DNA of 62,729 nt, counting the filler, from Asterionella formosa (taxonomy: Eukaryota): NCBI GenBank assembly GCA_002256025.1. It is 10 parts of 10 records of this genome, joined end to end, with 100 filler letters (N's around TTAATTAATTAA, not from the genome) between each part and the next. Parts side by side here need not be neighbours in the genome. Positions count along the whole stretch, not along the records: positions 33,042 to 57,894 come from NKIB01002129.1; 9 more parts are not named here. One strand, written 5' to 3'. Position 1 is the first letter of the stretch. The number at the start of each line of letters is the position of its first letter. Both the position numbers and the translations under genes were made by a program. This document shows positions 36,701 through 47,763 of the stretch, piece by piece. The notes beneath the pieces were generated by a model. The model saw only the letters and a program-made list of their open reading frames with translations. It did not search any database and was not told where the DNA came from.

Positions 36701-39543
36701 CCTTACGATTGATGATGCAGATTATCTCATTGTTCGCCTCCAAAAACCGACTCTCCCAACTACCACTTGAGCCATTGCTTGATCTCGTCAACACCATGAA
36801 ACCAGCTGGTTAATATCATCTTATCCATCTACGCATGGGATGTCCTGGTTGTTGCTCTATGGAGCGAATTACTGCTCAATGGTAAAAGCGTGCGTTGTTG
36901 GATTACCTGCCAATGTTATCATCCCAGACACTTTTTCTTGCCCTTTCTGTCTCAAAGAAAAACAACCTTCACTATCCAAACATCTTACCAGGGAATCACC
37001 ATTTAAAGTAGTTGGCCAAATGCTTCGCTCACATGGATTTTGGTTTTTATGGCAAACAATCCTGTCGGGGCTTCAAATGTTTCTCAGTTGTCACTGAAGC
37101 TATCTCCAATCACCGTTGGACATTCTGTTGGCAATCAAAAACCACCCCGGTTACACTTGTTCTTTGGATTGTACAACATGTTCAAATTAGAACAGGCCTA
37201 CAAGTTCGACGCATTCGTATGGATGGGAAATGTTTGATAATGATACATTGAAAATGCAACTTTCACTTCTGCACATCGCTGTTGAACCTACTGGAGCATG
37301 CACCTCATCTCAGAATGGGAAAGCAGAGGTGTCTATCAAACTGATTGGTTCAACAGCTCAATGCCTCATGTATGGAGCACAAATGGACCCTACTTTCTGG
37401 TGTTTTACTGTTACCTATGCAACTTTTCTCGTCAATGTGCGCCCCTTTGATGCTCATAATGGCAGAACTCCTCACGAAGTTTTTCATAAGCATGCTCCTA
37501 ATCTCTCTATGGCATTCATTTTTGGATCTCCTCTTCATGTTAAAAATCTTCGAGCAAGTCGTCATCAGCCAGATTCAAACAACCTCCTGGGGACATTTGT
37601 GTGTTTTCAAGGTAGGGCTCACATTTACCAATACATTGGTGATTCTGGACGAGTCCAATATGCGCACCATGCAGTTGTCGATGAGTTATGTGTTCATCAA
37701 CTCCATCATGATCGTTCCCCTGCGGCTATAGCTTTGCTGGACCATCCTGCTGGCGATCAATCTGTTGGAGCTCACACTCTAGCGCTACAACATGCTATAG
37801 AGGGGAGGACCTTATTCCCAGCTGCACTCCATGGCTTCCGCTTGACATGGCTGTCAAAGAGATCTCTGACCTCTTGCCTGATGAGGCTCATGGCCTTCAA
37901 CTGGAATATCTTCCTGACTTAGCTCATTTTGAGATCAGAGGCATTGATCCCTATAGCGCATTTGGATGTCGCCTGACCAAAGGCCCCACAAAACTCTTAT
38001 GTAGTTGTATACTTCTGCAGATAAATGGTGACGATGTGCGCACGGTTAATGATGTTGAAGAACTCTTAGACGGTTATGTTAGTGCTACACATGGCACCCT
38101 CTCTCTCATTGACACACATGACCCTCGATTCATCCCAGGTGTCCTCACCAACCTCACCATACTTTCTGTGAAGAAACCGCGCGCTAATGGTCACTGGAAA
38201 GACTATTTCAGTTTTGGTGCAGGTGATATTAGTATGCTCTGATCAGGATTTACCATTTCTGGTCTGACATCACATCCTGCTAGTCAATGTCCCCGCTCAC
38301 ATGCCGCTTTATTTATGAAACTCCCTCTCAATAAACAACCCTGGAAAGATTTAGGAGTTGAAATGTTTGCACATGTTCAAGGCCGCAAAGATGCTTCACG
38401 CAAGTGGGGCAAACATATTGACAAAGTGATCTATGGACAACTTGGTCTCACCAAATTGCTGGCATTCAACATGAAGAAGCTTTAGCAAGTTGTGTCCCCT
38501 ACTCAGACATGGAAATGAAACTCGCCATTAAGTCATATGATTTTGAATATCGCACTCTCCTTGGTCAATTCCAACATCTGTGTCAATGGACGCGTCTGGA
38601 CATTCAAAATGCAGTACAACGCGTTGCGCAATATCAAAATGCTCCTGGGATGCTCCATTTTGCGGGTCTCTTACAAATTGCAAAATATCTACGACGATAT
38701 CCTGATATTCCATTAGCTTTCAATCGTAAGCTGTCATGTGGTTTTATTCTTTCAGTTGCTCATATTAGTCAAGCAGCTCCCTGGCTCAGGGAAACAACTG
38801 TCATTAGTGTTGAGGCTCATCAGTTTGATGAGGAACAAACAATTTGGCATCTTCCTCCAATAACTTTCAATACTATTACCACTACCGATGCGGTTGCCAT
38901 GCCTAACCTTCTCCAGAATCAGAACCATTTCTCTGGTGTTAAGTCTACTCCATGCAAATAGGAAGATTATTTTGCTGCCCAAATTATTGCTCATGCAGGG
39001 AAACTTACTTACAATGTTTGTCATATTGCCACTAAAACGCAGGCTCTCAAAGAACATGTTCGTCATGCCCATGTATCCTTTCACCGTGTTTCATCTGCTT
39101 GCAATCTAGCTGATCACTTCACTAAGGCATTATTTTTTGCGACTTTGCGTGCACACTGCATGACTATTATGGGATATGCATTTATTGATCATCTTCATGG
39201 GGCCCTTGTTCCTTCACTTGATTCTTCTCCACCCCTGCTTTGACAACTACTGATTTCTTTCTCTTGTCTATCTCCATCCTTCATGAGATGGGGGGGATGT
39301 CGTAAATCACCAGTATGTCCATCATGTATGTCTGTATGTCAGACACTGATGGTTGCCGCTACCCGTTTTGCTGTTCTTTTATGTTTGTATCTATTTACTT
39401 TTACTTTACTATAATCACTCTTTTAACATACCCCTTACAAACTCCTATTGAGCTTGTCAGGTTCGTTAATTGACTCACCCTACTCTCCTCCTCCTCCGTT
39501 GTCCTCGTCGTCGTTCGCTATCTTATCCTCTTTCACAACGGCA
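33799..39543 (+). mobile_element. degenerate Ty1/copia element (gag, PR, IN, partial RT, RNase H, PPT, 3' LTR)
   Basis: Long gag-like ORF with CxxC...H....C knuckle (about 35800), protease HVDTGAN (about 36366), HMDF and QNGKAE integrase motifs, YRTLLGQFQHL..WTR.DI..AV RT segment, NLADHFTKAL RNase H, purine tract 39285-39297, then LTR. Many stops and frameshifts. Confidence 0.85.
39298..39543 (+). repeat. 3' LTR of the copia element
   Basis: Begins TGTCGT right after the PPT and ends ACGGCA (near-inverted terminus). Confidence 0.6.
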
Positions 39544-40307
39544 CATATACAAATGTAGGAAGCTTAGGAACTGCTGATGTGTCTTTCCTGTAACATTAAC
39601 TTGAGATACCTTATCAATCTATTAGTATTAACGTTTATATTATCGCCAAGGCAGAGAGTGCTTTCATGAAGATATTCCCTGAATTGATTGACCGGCAACC
39701 AAACACCATGAATGGCAGGCAGGATTGCTGATAGCAGCCAGCCAGAACTGATATTGCTACAACTTTTTGAATATAATGTGAAAAGTGATTCCCCAAAAGC
39801 GTTCCACTCATGACTAGAAGAACGCATCTAAAAGAAAACAGGGAATCACTTTTGTGCAAGTAATGGCGGCAATATTGAGCAGCATAATGAGGTGACCAAA
39901 GTTAACAAATTGGCGTGATATTCCTTAAACCTATAGAGATAAGGATCACATTTTGTACAAGTTTTCTACGTGGGCTACTATCATTATTTTTGATGCAACC
40001 AGTCGAAGCTAAAATCCATCCTGCTACTGGTAGGATGAAGAAAGACATCCCCAGCCCTAGAATAATGCAATTGGATGTTCATTGCTGCTTGAGGTTAAGG
40101 AAGATTGACGTTCGCTGCGTAAGTGTAGTTAAGTAGGATATCAGTTTCCTGCTTGGGATTAAAGCAAGATGTCAGTTTCTTCTTACAGATAAGTAGAAAG
40201 TTTCCTTTGTGGGAGGGCCGGCGTGCATTTATTTTACCCCGCCGGCCAATACCAAGGGACATAATCGTATAACACCTTGAGTTTTTCCGGCTAATTTTGA
40301 AACGTGT

Positions 40308-40578
40308 ATCAAAAATTCACTTCGATGTGTACAAGTTAGTTTTCCGTATGCCCCTTTACTCAACGGCAGAACGAAAAATTCATTGAATTGACAGCACAGG
40401 GTACACCGGCACGTTACGGTCATTTGGCATTAAAAATATTTATTTAGGTGATCAAAAATTCACTTATATGTGTAAAAGCAAGTTTTCCGTACTCAACGGC
40501 TTGACAAAAAAATTCATTGAATGACTGCACAGGATATACCGTTACGTTACGGTCATTTGGCTTTAAAAAATTTAATAT
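40308..40578. repeat. diverged tandem duplication of about 140 bp upstream of the micro-exon gene
   Basis: ATCAAAAATTCACTT...AGTTTTCCGTA...AAAAATTCATTGAAT...ACGTTACGGTCATTTGGC occurs twice. Confidence 0.8.
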
Positions 40579-40935
40579 AGGATAAAAAGAGAACTAAACT
40601 ATGTACCAAATTCAGGACAATTGCCGTAAAATTGCAGACGTGTATGACTTCAGAAAAGATTCATTTATGTACATATGACTATGACTGTGCGAGAATTAAG
40701 TAATGTCGTCCACATGATGTTATTGTGTTGATAACAAAAAGAACATCATGGTCGTTTCGTTTTGAACAAAATTACCGGTACTCGGGAAAAAGTCACGACA
40801 CTTGCTTTGGACAAATTACCGGCATTCGAGCATAATTCATATGACTATTGGCCTATCGGTCCCAAACTTTTCATTTCACAAGGTTCATAAAACTCAAAAT
40901 TGAACATCAATATACTCGGTTTCTCACTCATCATC

Positions 40936-42452
40936 ATGAAGGCCATTCGTTCTCTTCTCTTGCTTGCTGCGGTTTTCCGCTCGACGATGGCAGACTCTAC
41001 CATGACCTCAGAGGTACGCCAAAAACCGGGATGATGCATGCGTTTGCATCTGCCTGCGTTGAATCAAACTCTGGTGAAGAGTGAAAAGATCGGTCGAGGA
41101 GCATCAAACTGCTGCGGGTGTACGTTTTACTTACATTTTGAATCTATTTTACTTTTCCTTCATCTGAACCCTGACAGCATAAGAGAGTCCTCAAGGTATG
41201 TTGCAAAACAGTAACTTAAGAGAACAAAACCAACGAAACTGGCAGCAAAGTCATTCAAACGAGTACCGTGCTGGCTACTGTTGTACATTTCACTAAGCAA
41301 CTCTTACAATTTGATCCTTTCCCCTCAGGCTTCCAAGGCCCCAACAGCTCCAGTTGTTCCTGTAACCAAGGTATGTAGTTATAGTGACAAAGCTCCTTGC
41401 TTGATGGTATATTTCTGCATATTTGTCCAAGAAAATCATGGAGTTTTTTGATCTCAAGCTCCTCAATGAATTGGACTCATTCAGAACTGCATTGTTAATT
41501 GACTCTATTGTGACTAATCTAAAGCATATTCATTCTTTGACATTCACAGCCTCCCAAGGCTACCAAGGGTCCCAAGGCTCCCAAGGTATGTCCATCACCT
41601 TGCTTGATGTGTTGGCATCATCATAAGAAACATACCCAGGGGAACATGAACTTTGCTCTCAAATTAATGTTAACCTGCACATACGCTTTCAGTGCAATGT
41701 CAATTGGGTTGTGCTGACATGACTAACACGAAAATTTTGACTTCACTGTACAAATTACCTTCTTATGAGCAGGGACCTACTGAAGGTACTAGGGACCTTA
41801 AAAAGGTATGTTTTGTGGTAGTAGCTGAAAACCACATTCACATGTGCCCACAGACTCATCCAAACTGTTGTGTGCATAATCATGTCCACTGTTGGCTACT
41901 GTTGTACATTTCACTAAGCAACTCTTACAATTTGATCCTTTCCCCTCAGGCTTCCAAGGCCCCAACAGCTCCAGTTGTTCCTGTAACCAAGGTATGTAGT
42001 TATAGTGACAAAGCTCCTTGCTTGATGGTATATTTCTGCATATTTGTCCAAGAAAATCATGGAGTTTTTTGATCTCAAGCTCCTCAATGAATTGGACTCA
42101 TTCAGAACTGCATTGTTAATTGACTCTATTGTGACTAATCTAAAGCATATTCATTCTTTGACATTCACAGCCTCCCAAGGCTACCAAGGGTCCCAAGGCT
42201 CCCAAGGTATGTCCATCACCTTGCTTGATGTGTTGGCATCATCATAAGAAACATACCCAGGGGAACATGAACTTTGCTCTCAAATTAATGGAAACTTACA
42301 CCTAAGCTTCTATGGCAATGTCAATCTTTCCGGTTGTCACTTTCATCGCTGAAGTGAATGATCAACTTTATCTCAAGCAGTTTTTATGGAACAAACAATT
42401 CATACCCAATTTACTCACCTCCTTAACTGTGTTTCTTTTTCCTTAGGCCTAA
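40936..42452 (+). CDS. micro-exon gene for a secreted Lys/Pro-rich silaffin-like precursor (96 aa); exons 40936-41013, 41178-41195, 41329-41370, 41550-41585, 41773-41805, 41950-41991, 42171-42206, 42447-42452
   Basis: Seven GTA(C/T)G...(C/T)AG introns, all phase 0. Spliced product: MKAIRSLLLLAAVFRSTMADSTMTSE-HKRVLK-ASKAPTAPVVPVTK-PPKATKGPKAPK-GPTEGTRDLKK-ASKAPTAPVVPVTK-PPKATKGPKAPK-A*. The last exon is the least certain. Confidence 0.75.
41272..42290 (+). repeat. 398-bp direct repeat (41272-41669 and 41893-42290, period 621) duplicating two micro-exons
   Basis: The copies look identical by eye; the ORF track shows the same 67-aa spurious ORF twice. Confidence 0.92.
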
Positions 42453-42759
42453 AGCAACAATGTAATGAATTAGTTACATTAGATTAACATGCTCTTCAAT
42501 CAACACTTCATCTTTGTTTTGAAATCGTTTCGGATTTTTTTGTGGCCAAGTCCCAGCATTTCTGTTAATAGCCATATAAATATCTAAAGTTTATGAATGG
42601 TATACCCTCTGTTCATTTATTGTTGCAACCAAACTTTTGGTCACTGTCACTTATCTATCATCACAACAAACTCCAATCATTGCTAATAGCCATTTCTAAT
42701 TAAATATCATTCTGATGATTGGTGTTATAATACAAGTTCTAACTTGTCTAAAATTAGGT

Positions 42760-43050
42760 GAAACTAACCTCAGATTTTTGTCCTATTTCGAAGAATTATG
42801 CCCCAATTGACTGGAGTGTTCCTTTTCTTGGGTAAGCCAAAAACTTGGGCATAACTGCACTGGAATGAACAAGATTTATCTGCCCCAACTCATTTGCCCA
42901 GCGCATGAGGCCAATGTAACTTTGATAAAGTTGGATGTCATCCTCTACAAGGACTTCTTTAGAATCTAATTCTGGGTAGTAGTCTGGAGCGGCAGGTGTG
43001 CCCGGGCAGGAATGGCCATAATTGGTTTTGAGAGATCCAAGACAATATAA
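42760..43050 (-). mobile_element. copia RT fragment (downstream part), split by the Harbinger insertion
   Basis: Minus strand reads PAAPDYYPELDSKEVLVEDDIQLYQSYIGLMRWANELGQI, the copia YHPELD/YQSLIG.LRW motif. Confidence 0.8.
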
Positions 43051-46000
43051 GAACCAATCTTAACAGAGATACAAATTATTTTTTGTTGTATCTTCAGAAA
43101 AAAATGAATCTTCACAGAGATACATTTCAAAACTATATCTCTGTAATGGTAAAACAGTTAGCCGTTTTCTTTGTATCTCTGCAAACATGTGCATCAGACT
43201 CAACAAAAATATTTGCAGTGTGCGCTTCAATTATTCAACATGTCTGACCATCATCACTACTGTAACAACAGTGACAAATGGACCGGAAGAACCTGACAGT
43301 TGGGATGTCATTGACAATCTTGATATAGAAGGGGAACAACAGAAAAACTTTTTGTTAATTGCAGCGATTGCATTATCATTTTTGGAGCCCTATGAACGAA
43401 ACTTGAAGCCAGCGCAAATTACAAAATGGGAGCATCAACGAATTTACTGGAATGAGCATGCCACAAAGAAGCTTTTTCATGAGAATAGATTTCATCGTGA
43501 ATATCTCATGTCTCTTGAAGCTTTCAACCAACTACTGGAACTTCTTCGACCTTCCATCACAGTTAATTTTGTCAAATCAAATGCAAGTTCCGGTTTTCAC
43601 AGCTCAAATCAGCATATTTATCCTTAGTTGATCCTTGCCATTGGACTTTGCTGGCTTGCAGGCGGAAACCTCATAGAACCACATTTGTCATGTCTATGGA
43701 GTTTCTTATCCATATGATTATGCCATCACTAAAACATTCCTTGATGCAGTGAACTCATTCACAGCATTATCAATAAAATTCCCTACAACAAACAAGGAGA
43801 AACAAACAGTGATAAATGGATTCCTTAACAAAAGCGAGCAGCAACTATTTTGTGGAGGCATTGGTGCTATAGATGGAAAAAGGATTGTGATGGCTTCCCT
43901 CAAGCATATTGGTCTGGGCATTATACGTCATATGGATTGAATGTTCAAGCTGTTTGCAACATAATTGTTGTTTCCTTTACTTTCGTGTCATGGCACCAGG
44001 AAAATGTCCAGATCAGAAGGCATTTGAAAGAACAAAACTTTTCAGATTGTATCCAACCTTCATCCAGGAAAATACATAAGTAGGTGATGCTGCATACACA
44101 TTGACTGATCAAGTGCTCTGTCCATTTGTTAGAAGTCAAAGGGAATCAACAAACAAAGATGCATACAACTATTTCCTTTCACAACTCCGCATTAGAATTG
44201 GAGATGACGTTTGGATTGCCCACCAATAAATGGAGGATCCTCCTGAGGACATCCTTGTCCTTCAGGATGAAGAAATCAGTTACAATTATTTCTGCTTGTT
44301 CCCGCTTACACAATTTTTGCCTACTCATGGATTATGATAAAAAGAAAGAACTTGCTAATGGAATGGAATTTCTGAATAGTTTGGAGCTTGTTGATCCAAT
44401 GCCCAATGCTCCTCTTGGGTGGGCTCATCTTCCAACTGTCAGGAAGTTGGATGTAGTACAAGGTACTTCACAGATTCTGCAAATTATTCTTGATGTTGTC
44501 ACCAACAATGGGTTTAGGCGACCTACGGCCAATGTGTTGCACTGACAGTGAGAACTGATTGAAATAGGATCAATGTAGCATACAAACTATAAGTGGAAGG
44601 AATTAGGTAATAACAAGAACTAAGAAGATATATTATTGGTAGCCTAATTATGATTAGATGCATCCTCTTCAGCTGTTTGTACGAGAGCTACAGAATTCTA
44701 GGTCAGTGCATTCATAGCTTCAAAACGTTTGGCTTCAAAAATTAAAAAAATGACATTGTTCTCTTGATACTCTTTACCATCACATTTTTGTGACACTTTA
44801 TTGCTTGCTACTTCAGTCCAAGCTTCCTTTAACTTTTTGCGGTAAATATTTACAACATCCACTAGTTCCTTCTCTCGTTTTACAAGAAAAGTTGCTCGAG
44901 AAAATTCTGCATTGGAACTTTGAGAGGCGAGTGTCATTTGTGTACAGCGCTCATTTGCTTTTGAAAGTTCTATAAGCGCGTTGACCACTTGTTTGGAAAT
45001 GTTTTCAAACTACTTAATGGGGAAATTTCCTTGCATCCAACTCACACATAGTTGGAGTATTCCCTAGACACAAAATATCTTGCCGATGTTTCTCATCGAA
45101 GAAGATATTAATCGATAGTATGTGCCAGTCTTCTTAATATATTTGGGAGCAGTTGCAGCATTTATTTTCCTCTGATTCTTGGGAGGTCGTCCCTCTTTCT
45201 TAATAGTCTGGTGGGACATTCCAGAATCATCATCCAATAAAATATCAGCAGGAACTGGAGATGTAAATGCAGACAATTGGGAAGGAGATAATTCAGAATG
45301 TGTACTTGAGTCATTGGCAATATCTTCTCTGGTAGTAGTAAGTTGCTTTGATAGTAGTAGGCGAGGAGACATCCTTGTTGATGATTCAGGAGTAATGGTA
45401 GAGCCTTTTCTTTTCAGATGCTTCTTTAGACGAGGAGACAACCTTGTTGATGATTCAAGAGCAAAGAGAGCGCTGTTTCTTTTCAGATACTTCTTTGATT
45501 CTTTTGATGACTTTTTGTTGTACCCAATCATGTCTCGAAGATCAAGAGTCTTTATCCAATTCTTATTGTCTGTAATCTTTACCATCTTTGTTTGTTTCTG
45601 TATCCGGCAATTTTAAAAAGAACGCAAATACAACGAAGTTGTTGTAGCGATATCTGTTGAATGAGAATGTCTTTTACTGTCATCAAAGACCCTTCCTCGT
45701 TGTCAATGAAAAAATCAGCAGGAGTGATACATGCTGTTAAAGTATCTAGCTTACGTCAATAGCTGCAAGCTTACTCATCCAACTATTTGTATTGCTAGCT
45801 TTGGTGATAACTTGACTTTTCATATGTTTTAAGACTCCAAACTAAAGTTGAAAAAAGATTTCACACTTTTCTGGTTATGAGCTAAAACTAAAACTCCAAA
45901 GATGACCTTTCTTAGATTGTTGTCCATCGCAACAACTGTTCATTCCTGAACACGATCTGTTTCCCACCATGATTACTCCAATTGTTCACACTTTACAATA

Positions 46001-46529
46001 AATGAATTGACATCTCATGTCGATCTAATGTCAATCTCATGTCAAAACCAAGATTTATTCATTGAACAATTACGCGCCATCGTTCATTAAAATATAATCA
46101 TATTGTCATTTAATCAAATTGATCGAATCACATAAAATAGAATCCACGATTCGATTTTTTGTCAACATGCAACCCACTGGTCATCCTGTTTCCTTTCTGA
46201 AGAGTAAGTTTCATTGTCCGTTGATTCAAATAATTCCATTGCGCAAGTTGTTTACAAGTGATGAAAGTATTATTCACCCAAAATTCATTTCTGTTGCTGC
46301 CGTTAGAGATAGAAATGGGGATTTTGCTGATTAATTGAATTACATGACGTATATTAAATTTATAAAGTTAGTTATGCTTAAGTCTGTATCTGCAGCGATA
46401 CACACAGATACCCATTTAGGAGCAACAAAAAATGTGTTGCTGGAACAACATATCACCCAGATATGTGCGATACAAAAAAAAGTCCGAGCAACATTTTTTT
46501 GATTTTTGTATCTCTGTTAAGATTGGGCC
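43051..46529 (+). mobile_element. PIF/Harbinger DNA transposon, full-length but decayed
   Basis: 25-bp TIRs (GAACCAATCTTAACAGAGATACAAA and its near reverse complement ending GATTGGGCC, 2 mismatches) with TAA on both sides. Broken DDE transposase on + (GAIDG, GDAAYTL, E.TFG...KWRIL, ACSRLHNFC; about 43270-44545) and a convergent second ORF on -. Confidence 0.9.
44698..45585 (-). pseudogene. Harbinger accessory (ORF2) protein, disrupted
   Basis: Basic ORF convergent with the transposase, inside the TIRs. Contains ESSTR(L/M)SPRL twice, AT-hook-like EGRPPK and a coiled-coil-like C-terminal fragment. Confidence 0.55.
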
Positions 46530-46532
46530 TAA

Positions 46533-47050
46533 GTAACTTTATGTTGACATGTACCAAGTGTGTATATCAGTTCCTTCAATGGCGATTCTTCAAGTTCCCG
46601 CACCTAGGTAAACATGACAGTGGACCCACATCCTTAAGATGATAGTTGAATGGTTTGATTTCAAGTTGTTTGAGAAAACATGTAGGGTCTTCAGATAGGC
46701 AGAGAATGTCATCAACATTTACTGGGCAATATGCGAATACTTGTCCAATTTTCTTCAAAAAATAAAACAATTTTCCGACCATAGAACAGCATTCTTTATG
46801 GAGAGTAACTTTGCCTGGAATTTTTTCTCAGAACAATTCCTGGCAATGCTGGGGTTGATGCATCTCTTGGATACTTTCCAAAAATATCATGATGATCTTT
46901 GAGTATAATATGCACACTATCCTCCATGCTTGACTCCAAATAGCGTCCCACTTTATCTTGGCCCCAATTGTACCGCACTCCCAAATGTTGCTTGAAAGGG
47001 CCAAGCTCCTTGATTGTGAGTTTTCCTTGATTTCAGTTTTGAACCATTTA
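46533..47050 (-). mobile_element. copia RT fragments (upstream part of the split RT, plus a fragment of a second copia RT)
   Basis: VNVDDILCLS (YVDD box), LKDVGP, YLGA, W.MS; separately LGPFKQHLGVRYNW...STPALPG. Confidence 0.7.
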
Positions 47051-47439
47051 TTTCCAGTAATATGACATTATAATGCAGCAAGTACCAGCAGTTCATGAAA
47101 CCAACACCGATTTACTGATGATTTCGATGATATACAAAAAATGTCTATATTTTTCGATTTTCATTTAGTAAGCCAGAAGAGTAATTTAAATTTTAGTCCT
47201 GGATATGCTCCGCCAGCTTTAACCCTTATGGGCACCTCCAATTACCACCACAGCTCCTCATCCATCACATACCGCCAACGGTTCACCAAATCACTTCCAG
47301 CAAACAAGTTCAAACTCTCTTCCATTGACAGATACCGACCCAGTGAAGCAAGCAAGCCAGGGCCGGCCGGCGAAATAGTATTCCAATGGCCTCACTGGAC
47401 GACATGGGCATTTATCTTAATCCTAGTAGCGAGTGTTGA

Positions 47440-47763
47440 AGCACCTGTTATTCATCCTTCCTTAGACATCACCCCCACAATAGAAGACAATCTTGATCCA
47501 CAACAAGGTTCCTGGGGGGACCTCCTTTCCCCGGCCGGCAACAATATCATTCGCATTCTTTTCCAGAATGTGAATGGAGTTACACGGTATCCTGCAACTC
47601 ATTCTGAAATACAACAGAACTTAATCCGAATCCAAAGCCACATCACAGGCTTGTGCGAAACAAATGTAAACTGGCGCAATTTCCACTTCCAGGATGCATG
47701 GGAGCAAAAAATGCAATCAGGGTTTACTGATCTGTGCTTTACTCATTCTTCGTGCGATAAAGG
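47440..47763 (+). mobile_element. non-LTR retrotransposon APE-endonuclease fragment, cut by an LTR insertion
   Basis: IRILFQNVNG...ITGLCETNVNW is the EEP/APE N-terminal motif of LINE ORF2. Protein-like sequence ends where the TGTCA LTR begins. Confidence 0.7.

Noticed and set aside
41423..42247. Two identical 67-aa ORFs (MSKKIMEFF...) as duplicated genes
   Set aside because: They start at TTG, are mostly intronic and read the micro-exon in the wrong frame; the exon-pair duplication explains them.
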